IMG/VR virus record: IMGVR_UViG_3300037422_000337
Coordinates: 1 to 31,489 of that record
From: a virus
Lineage: Duplodnaviria > Caudoviricetes
DNA length: 31,489 bases
Strand: one strand, 5' to 3'
The notes under the pieces are model-generated. The model was not told the origin of the DNA. It searched no databases and worked only from the letters and a program-made list of their open reading frames with translations. The position numbers and the translations under genes are program-made. This document shows, piece by piece, positions 25,511 through 31,489 of the stretch. Position 1 is the stretch's first letter. Each line of letters opens with the position of its first letter.

Positions 25511-25975
25511 ATGCCTCAATATGGAGCAAAAGATGAGGTCATTCAGAACCGACAACTAAAAGTTCAGCGTGTTTCTATCCCGCTTTTTATTACGGGAAAT
25601 GCTACGCCTGCCTCTGTTGTACCTCGGAATGACGAACCTGCACGTTTGTTTTTACAAACTGAAGGTGTAAACCAAATTACCGCCGCGTTGGCGACTAATG
25701 AAACTGCTACTTTTACTACGGGTGCGCCTACTGATGCTACGGGAATTTTCCGTTGCTTGGTACGGATTAACGAAGCTGTCGAAAAAGTAGTTGGTGCGTA
25801 TTGTCAAAATAGAGTCGATGGTTCATTTGAACCGTGCTCACTTGGTAGTGCAACCGGTATTTCTACGGGATCTGGCGGCGGAAAGTCAATTATGCTTTCA
25901 GTTGATTCAGACGTTAACTTGGCTTCTGCCAATCTTGATGCGTGTCTCGTTGTTGAATACGTTGTTTCTGAATAA
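25511..25975 (+). CDS. Putative capsid decoration/cement protein (154 aa)
   Basis: Lies between scaffold and MCP; small and beta-rich; AAGGA SD. Confidence 0.55.
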   Translation: MPQYGAKDEVIQNRQLKVQRVSIPLFITGNATPASVVPRNDEPARLFLQTEGVNQITAALATNETATFTTGAPTDATGIFRCLVRINEAVEKVVGAYCQNRVDGSFEPCSLGSATGISTGSGGGKSIMLSVDSDVNLASANLDACLVVEYVVSE

Positions 25976-25998
25976 TTAATTTAAATAAAGGATAAAAT

Positions 25999-27255
25999 AT
26001 GTCAACGATTAATACGTTCGGCGATCCAGCCGCAACAGTCGGTACGATGAATGGGTTCTTCAAAGAACTCTATGCCGATAAAATCAAAGTTCTTTATCCC
26101 GAAGACGTTCATCTATTGAACTTGATCGACTTCGCGGGAAAAGAAAAGAATCTAGGTAATCTCTATCACCAACCGGTTGCTCTTGGTTTGGAACATGGTA
26201 TCACGTATGCCGGTCCAGATGAAGATGCATTTAACCTTCTTCCGGCTGTTTCTTCACCGATGCGCGATGCGCAAGTGAAGGGTAACGCGAAGGTAATGCG
26301 TTCGCAAATTGGTTATAATGCTCTTTCTCGCTCTAGTAGCGATAAAGCAGCGTTCGGAAGTGCTTCCAAGTATGTTGTTGAAAATGCTATGCGTTCTTTC
26401 ACCAAAATCCTTGAAATTGAACTTCTTTACGGACAAATGGGCTATGGATCAGTTTCGGCTGTTTCTGGCGCTGCTGTAACCATTACGCTAGCTGAATGGG
26501 CTCCGGGAATTTGGTCAGGCTCCAAAGGAATGCCGATTGAAATTCGCGATGCTTCAGGCGCTACGTCTCGTGGTCAATTCGTTATTTCAAGTGTAAACCT
26601 TGATACTCGTGTTCTAACCCTTGATAGCTCTGCTGCGGCTGCTGGCGTTGTTGCCACTGACGTTGTTTGGCGCCGAGGTGCTTATAATAACGAATTCGCG
26701 GGAATTCACAAGATCCTAAGTCAATCAACTGGTTCACTCTTCAATATCTCAGTCTCTGACTTTGAACTTTGGAGAGGAAATAGCTTCGATTGTTCCGCTG
26801 CTGCTCTTAGCTTTAATAAGCTAAACCTCGCGGTTACTCGTGCGATTGAAAAAGGTCACATGGGTAAAATGCTCGCACTAGTTTCTCTTAAGGGCTGGGC
26901 GAACATGATGAGCGATCAAGCTGCTCTTCGTAAGTATGATGGAAGTTATTCCAAACAGAAAATGGAGAACGGTTCTGAGCGTCTAGTATTTCACTCACAA
27001 AATGGTGAAATCGAAATTCTTCCTTCCATTTATGTGAAAGAAGGATATGCTTATCTTCTAAGCGAAGATAACTGGATGCGTGTCGGTTCCCGAGATATTA
27101 GTTTTAATATCCCTGGAATGCCGGGCGACCAAATTCTACGTCAGCTAGAAAATAGCGCGGCCTATGAATTTCGTATGTACACTGATCAAGCCTTGTTCTG
27201 CTCGGCTCCGGGTCGGAACGTTCTACTCTTCAGTATTGTTAACTCAACCACCTAA
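25999..27255 (+). CDS. Major capsid protein
   Basis: 418 aa after the scaffold; FKELY N-arm; central insertion domain; biased codon usage; followed by a strong terminator. Confidence 0.85.
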   Translation: MSTINTFGDPAATVGTMNGFFKELYADKIKVLYPEDVHLLNLIDFAGKEKNLGNLYHQPVALGLEHGITYAGPDEDAFNLLPAVSSPMRDAQVKGNAKVMRSQIGYNALSRSSSDKAAFGSASKYVVENAMRSFTKILEIELLYGQMGYGSVSAVSGAAVTITLAEWAPGIWSGSKGMPIEIRDASGATSRGQFVISSVNLDTRVLTLDSSAAAAGVVATDVVWRRGAYNNEFAGIHKILSQSTGSLFNISVSDFELWRGNSFDCSAAALSFNKLNLAVTRAIEKGHMGKMLALVSLKGWANMMSDQAALRKYDGSYSKQKMENGSERLVFHSQNGEIEILPSIYVKEGYAYLLSEDNWMRVGSRDISFNIPGMPGDQILRQLENSAAYEFRMYTDQALFCSAPGRNVLLFSIVNSTT

Positions 27256-27278
27256 AAATTGGTTGTATCCAATAGTTT

Positions 27279-27310
27279 AAGGGGCAAGAGAAATTTTGCC
27301 CCTTTTTCTT
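27279..27310 (+). terminator. Intrinsic terminator after MCP
   Basis: AAGGGGCAA...TTGCCCCTT stem followed by a T run. Confidence 0.85.
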
Positions 27311-27352
27311 TTTTCTTCTTGACAAAATAAAAATAGAGTGTATCACATAACT

Positions 27353-28216
27353 ATGAATAAGAAAAATATTATATATGGCCTTACTTGTCCAGATACGGGA
27401 ATTATTCGTTATATTGGTAAATCTTCAACAGGCTTTGCAAGACCAAAACAACATGCTTCTAAAAGTTCTTTAATTGGTATTTCGCATAAAAATAATTGGG
27501 TTAAATCATTAATAATGAATAATAAAATTTATGGTATTAAAGTTATTGAAGAATGTGATACTAAAGAAATTTTAAATGAACGTGAAATTTATTGGATTAA
27601 ATTTTATAAGGATAAAGGCGCAAATTTAACTAATTCTACCGAAGGTGGAGAAGGGTCAGTTGGTTTTAGATTTTCTAAAGAATCAAAAGAGAGGATGTCA
27701 CAACAAAAGAAGCAATGGATGAAGAATAACCCAAATGCATTAAATAAAGTACGGCAATTAATGGAAATTCCAAATATTGTAAAAGATGGTAAAATCTTAA
27801 AACATTGTTCTGATTGTAAAAATCATATTGAAATCAATAATTTTCATAAAGATCGGAATCGAAAAGATAGTTTAAGAACAGTGTGTAAATCTTGTGCCTG
27901 TGCTCGAAAAAATAAATATTATGCAGATAATGTTGAAAAACTCTCCCCAGAACAAGTAAAACAAAGCTATGAATCCAGAAAACCAGCAATGAGTGAAGCA
28001 ATTAAAACTGCCTACCAAAATAACCCCGAATTGCGAGAAAAGTTATCACAACGACGTTCTAAATCAATTATCCGTATAGACCCCTTAACCAATGAAACTA
28101 AAGAATACCAATCTGCCTTAAAAGCTAAAGAAGATGGCTTCCAGAATAGTAACATTGGAGTAGCAATTAAGAAAAAAGCCATCTATAAAGGCTACTATTG
28201 GAAGTTTAAAGCTTAA
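27353..28216 (+). CDS. Free-standing GIY-YIG homing endonuclease
   Basis: IYGL...RYIGKS...R, EREIYWI, LTNSTEGG; CxxC...CxxC; NUMOD1-like C-terminus (YKGYYWKF); TTGACA at 27319; more AT-rich than its flanks. Confidence 0.88.
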   Translation: MNKKNIIYGLTCPDTGIIRYIGKSSTGFARPKQHASKSSLIGISHKNNWVKSLIMNNKIYGIKVIEECDTKEILNEREIYWIKFYKDKGANLTNSTEGGEGSVGFRFSKESKERMSQQKKQWMKNNPNALNKVRQLMEIPNIVKDGKILKHCSDCKNHIEINNFHKDRNRKDSLRTVCKSCACARKNKYYADNVEKLSPEQVKQSYESRKPAMSEAIKTAYQNNPELREKLSQRRSKSIIRIDPLTNETKEYQSALKAKEDGFQNSNIGVAIKKKAIYKGYYWKFKA

Positions 28217-28225
28217 TTCTTAAGT

Positions 28226-28235
28226 TAACAACTCA
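28226..28235 (+). promoter_or_regulatory. TAACAACTNA motif (putative late promoter)
   Basis: TAACAACTCATTATA, between the homing endonuclease and the next structural gene. Confidence 0.65.
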
Positions 28236-28274
28236 TTATAGTTATATTATTTATTTTTAAGGAATAATCCCCGC

Positions 28275-28763
28275 ATGCCTACTGTCATAATTAATGGAAT
28301 TCCGATTGAATTTCCAAATACCGGCGCCGCTCCTGTAAATTCCGAAGCTCAAATACAATTTGCTCAAGCGGTAGAAGCCGCTTTATCTGGTTTAATTTCA
28401 ACTGGCGATGTTTCTAAACAAATTTTTACGCTCAATGCTTCACAAAATATCGCAACGGATGTTACTTTAACCGGTCTTTCTTTCAGTGCTTCTGTTGTTC
28501 GTGCTGCTTTTATTCGATATTCGGTTTATCGAGAAGTAACTCAACCGGCCTCAGCTTCCGAAGCTGGGGAAATGACTATAATTTATAACGCAAATAATCC
28601 AACTAACCAGAAATGGGAATTACAACAAGAAAGAATTGGAGACGCAAATATTAGTTTTACAGTTGACGATAATGGTCAATTTTATTTTTCAACGACTTCA
28701 ATTGGAACCGGAACACATTCTGGTGCGGTGGCTTTTGTAGCTCAATCGCTTTCACAGTCTTAA
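28275..28763 (+). CDS. Putative virion structural protein (162 aa)
   Basis: AAGGA SD; beta-rich; follows the late motif. Confidence 0.7.
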   Translation: MPTVIINGIPIEFPNTGAAPVNSEAQIQFAQAVEAALSGLISTGDVSKQIFTLNASQNIATDVTLTGLSFSASVVRAAFIRYSVYREVTQPASASEAGEMTIIYNANNPTNQKWELQQERIGDANISFTVDDNGQFYFSTTSIGTGTHSGAVAFVAQSLSQS

Positions 28764-28772
28764 GGAGTTTAC

Positions 28773-31355
28773 GTGGCCTTTGGTTTTAAAAGTTTTCTTA
28801 AAGGAATTCGACTAGTTCCGGTTTCCACTACTGCCATTACTCAAAATGGTGATATCGAAGTTCTTTCAGCAAACGGGAAACTGAATTACTTTAATAGTAC
28901 GGCTTCACCGGTTGTTACTGAGGCCCATGCAGCAACTTTGACTAATAAAGTGATGTCCGGCGCATCCAATACTTTTTCAAATATTGGATATTCTTCTCTT
29001 ACTTTAACTAATTCAATTGTTAATGCTGATATTAATGCTTCGGCAGCAATTGCTTATTCTAAATTAAATCTTGTTAGTTCGATTGTTAATGCCGATATTA
29101 GTGCTTCTGCTGCTATTACCCGTAGTAAATTAGCTTCAGGAACGGCTTATCGTCTTTTAGCTAATGATGTTTCGGGTGTAATGTCGGAAAATGCAGCTTT
29201 AACTGCCGCGCATGTTATTTTTGCCGATGCAAATGGTCAACTTTCTGGCGAACAATTTCTTTCTAAAGCTCGCGGAGGTTCTGCACAGGATAATAGTTCA
29301 ATTACTTTCCCGGCTTCTGGTGTTTTAACTACAAATGATGGAGTTCAAACTCTATCTAATAAATCATTTTCCGATCCGATAACTCTTGCTGAAGTTGCGA
29401 CGCCTTCTACTCCGGCTTCGGGTAATGGTAAAATCTACTTTAAATCCGACGGTTTCTTATATCAATTAAACGATGATGGTACAGAAACTAAAGTTGGGGC
29501 TGGTTCGGGTGGAATTAATTACATTATAAATAGTGATGCGGAAAGTAATACTGCCGGTTGGGCAACTTATGCCGATGCAGCAGGAAGTGCCCCAGTCGAT
29601 GGGACTGGCGGTTCCGCTAATATTACCTTAACTCGTTCTACAAGTTCCCCTCTTCGTGGAACAGGTAGTTTTTTAATTACAAAAGACGCCGCTAATCGTC
29701 AAGGACAAGGCGTTTCTTACGATTTTACAATTGCTGATGCGGATAAAGCAAAACCTCTTGCTATTTCTTTTAATTACACCATTTCTTCTGGAACATTTGT
29801 TGCTGGCGATTCTTCTGATATTAGAGTTTATTTGTACGATGTTACGAATGCTCAAGTAATTCAACCCGCTCCTTATACTATTCAAGGCGGAGCCGGATCA
29901 AATCACCGATTCCTAGGAACATTCCAAACCGCTTCAAATTCCAATTCTTATCGATTAATTTTGCATATTGCGACAACTTCTGCTTCTGCCTATGATTTTA
30001 AATTAGATGATGTATCTGTTGGTCCGCAAATGCTCAATTATGGCAGTCCTGTAACAGATTGGACTGCTTATACACCCACTACTCAAGGATTTGGTACTAT
30101 ATCAAGCGTCCAAATGTTTTATAGACGTGTGGGCGATTCTATTGAAATCCAAGGCAAATTTGTTTCTGGAACCCCAACTAGTTCTGAAGCAAGAGTTGGA
30201 TTACCGTCTGGATTAACCGCTGCAGATACCAGTAAAATTTCATCTATTAGAGTATGCGGACATACCGCAACTTCGGAAACTAATCAAACTCAATCTGTAT
30301 TGATTGAACCGTCTGTAACTTATGTTACTTTCGGACGAGAATTTTGGAATAACGGGTTTTCACCTTTAACTAAAGCAAATGGCGATGCTTTTGTTGTGAA
30401 TGGTGATAGTTTTAGTTTATTCGCATCAGTACCTATTCTGGGCTGGTCTTCAACCGTTGAAATGTCAAATGACACAGATACTAGGGTAGTTGCTGCACAA
30501 TATACTGTTAATAGTTCGCAAGCTATTCCGCCTTCAACAGTTACCCAATTAAATTTTGGTACACAAATCTACTCAACTCATTCAATGTTTAGCGGAACTT
30601 CACCTTTAGGATTTGTAGCTCCGGTTTCTGGTTATTATAAGATTTATATTAATTTAAGATGGGATGCTAACGTGACAGGTACTGTCCAAATGGACACGTT
30701 ACTTAATGGGGTTACTTCTCAGATATTATTTGATAATAACGGAACTGAACCTGGAACAAGGCATACAACTGGTGCTGGAACTCGGAAATTAAATGCGGGG
30801 GATGTATTAGTTTTTAGAATAGTTCATAGTACTGGTGTAGTTAGAAATATTGAAAATTCAACTTCTAATTATATTACAATCGAAAGAATTTCAGGCCCTT
30901 CAGCAATTGCTGCGTCAGAAACCGTTGCAGCTCGTTATACGACCTCTGCCGGTCAGTCTATTCCAACAACTTCAATGACTGTAGTTGATTTCGGAACAAA
31001 AGATTACGATACACATGGCGCTGTTTCTGGAACTGGTTCAAGTTGGGTATTTACTTGTCCTATGTCAGGTTATTACCAAGTAAGTACAAAAACCAGAATT
31101 GGATCGGGTATTACGTTTACAAATAATAAACAAATATCAATTTCATTAAGAAAAAATGGTTCTGAACAACAGCGATTAATGGATGAATTCACTCAAGAAG
31201 GTAATACATACGGAATTGGTTGGCAAGGAACTGGCGTGGTTAAATGCTTAGCCGGTGATACTTTAGCTATTGCTTTATATCATGAAGGTAATAGTTCGGC
31301 TAATTTAGGAACAACCGCTAATGAAAACTGGGTTGCTATTAATTTATTAAAATAA
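28773..31355 (+). CDS. Tail-fibre/receptor-binding-like protein (860 aa)
   Basis: AAGGAG + GTG start; TLTNK and SIVNADI.ASAAI repeats; carbohydrate-binding-like middle; two C-terminal C1q-like modules. Confidence 0.75.
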   Translation: MAFGFKSFLKGIRLVPVSTTAITQNGDIEVLSANGKLNYFNSTASPVVTEAHAATLTNKVMSGASNTFSNIGYSSLTLTNSIVNADINASAAIAYSKLNLVSSIVNADISASAAITRSKLASGTAYRLLANDVSGVMSENAALTAAHVIFADANGQLSGEQFLSKARGGSAQDNSSITFPASGVLTTNDGVQTLSNKSFSDPITLAEVATPSTPASGNGKIYFKSDGFLYQLNDDGTETKVGAGSGGINYIINSDAESNTAGWATYADAAGSAPVDGTGGSANITLTRSTSSPLRGTGSFLITKDAANRQGQGVSYDFTIADADKAKPLAISFNYTISSGTFVAGDSSDIRVYLYDVTNAQVIQPAPYTIQGGAGSNHRFLGTFQTASNSNSYRLILHIATTSASAYDFKLDDVSVGPQMLNYGSPVTDWTAYTPTTQGFGTISSVQMFYRRVGDSIEIQGKFVSGTPTSSEARVGLPSGLTAADTSKISSIRVCGHTATSETNQTQSVLIEPSVTYVTFGREFWNNGFSPLTKANGDAFVVNGDSFSLFASVPILGWSSTVEMSNDTDTRVVAAQYTVNSSQAIPPSTVTQLNFGTQIYSTHSMFSGTSPLGFVAPVSGYYKIYINLRWDANVTGTVQMDTLLNGVTSQILFDNNGTEPGTRHTTGAGTRKLNAGDVLVFRIVHSTGVVRNIENSTSNYITIERISGPSAIAASETVAARYTTSAGQSIPTTSMTVVDFGTKDYDTHGAVSGTGSSWVFTCPMSGYYQVSTKTRIGSGITFTNNKQISISLRKNGSEQQRLMDEFTQEGNTYGIGWQGTGVVKCLAGDTLAIALYHEGNSSANLGTTANENWVAINLLK

Positions 31356-31373
31356 TGTTTTAAGGAGTAAATA

Positions 31374-31489
31374 ATGTCAATGGATTTAATTCAAATTAGT
31401 AATGATTTAGTAATCGACGCCGCAGATCTTGGCGCAGATCAAACATCTTCGGTTGTGGAACTTAAAAACGGAACCGGCTTTGCCGCACA
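31374..31489 (+). CDS. Partial CDS, likely structural
   Basis: AAGGAG SD; MSMDLIQISNDLVIDAADLGADQTSSVVELKNGTGFAA, open to the window end. Confidence 0.65.
   Translation, partial: MSMDLIQISNDLVIDAADLGADQTSSVVELKNGTGFAA

Noticed and set aside
402-29885. Antisense or nested short ORFs in the track (e.g. 402..734, 3990..4262, 7454..7948, 14797..15090, 21085..21342, 29673..29885)
   Set aside because: Shadows of well-supported genes, with no RBS or motifs.
28773-31355. Diversity-generating retroelement target
   Set aside because: No reverse transcriptase and no near-identical template/variable repeat pair in the window; the C-terminal duplicates are highly diverged.

Overview
A 31.5-kb, AT-rich segment of a tailed dsDNA phage (Caudoviricetes, podovirus/P22-like head module). 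Two gene arms diverge from a ~1.4-kb non-coding control region (9390-10768). The left arm (minus strand) holds small early/host-takeover genes, a DUF932 gene broken by an internal inversion, and an operon of rIIA-like ATPase, mini-rIIB, MoxR-type AAA+ ATPase and vWA/metallopeptidase-like protein. The right arm (plus strand) holds a HAD phosphatase, a divergent M15 endolysin/holin-like pair, HNH, putative terS, terL and portal. A ~6-kb insert follows (repeat-rich virion-like proteins, a patatin phospholipase, a membrane-anchored trypsin-like protease), then scaffold, major capsid protein, a GIY-YIG homing endonuclease and a fibre protein. Most notable signals read directly from the DNA: (1) a cluster of sigma54 (-24/-12) sites, with enhancer-like TGT-N10/11-ACA boxes upstream of the one that heads the early arm; (2) a repeated TAACAACTNA motif ahead of late genes; (3) a 137-bp inversion inside DUF932 bounded by perfect 16-bp inverted repeats, plus one extra base; (4) four multibranched RNA-like structures in intergenic leaders. 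All functional calls are motif-based, without database searches. No tRNA, CRISPR array, integrase or reverse transcriptase was seen.
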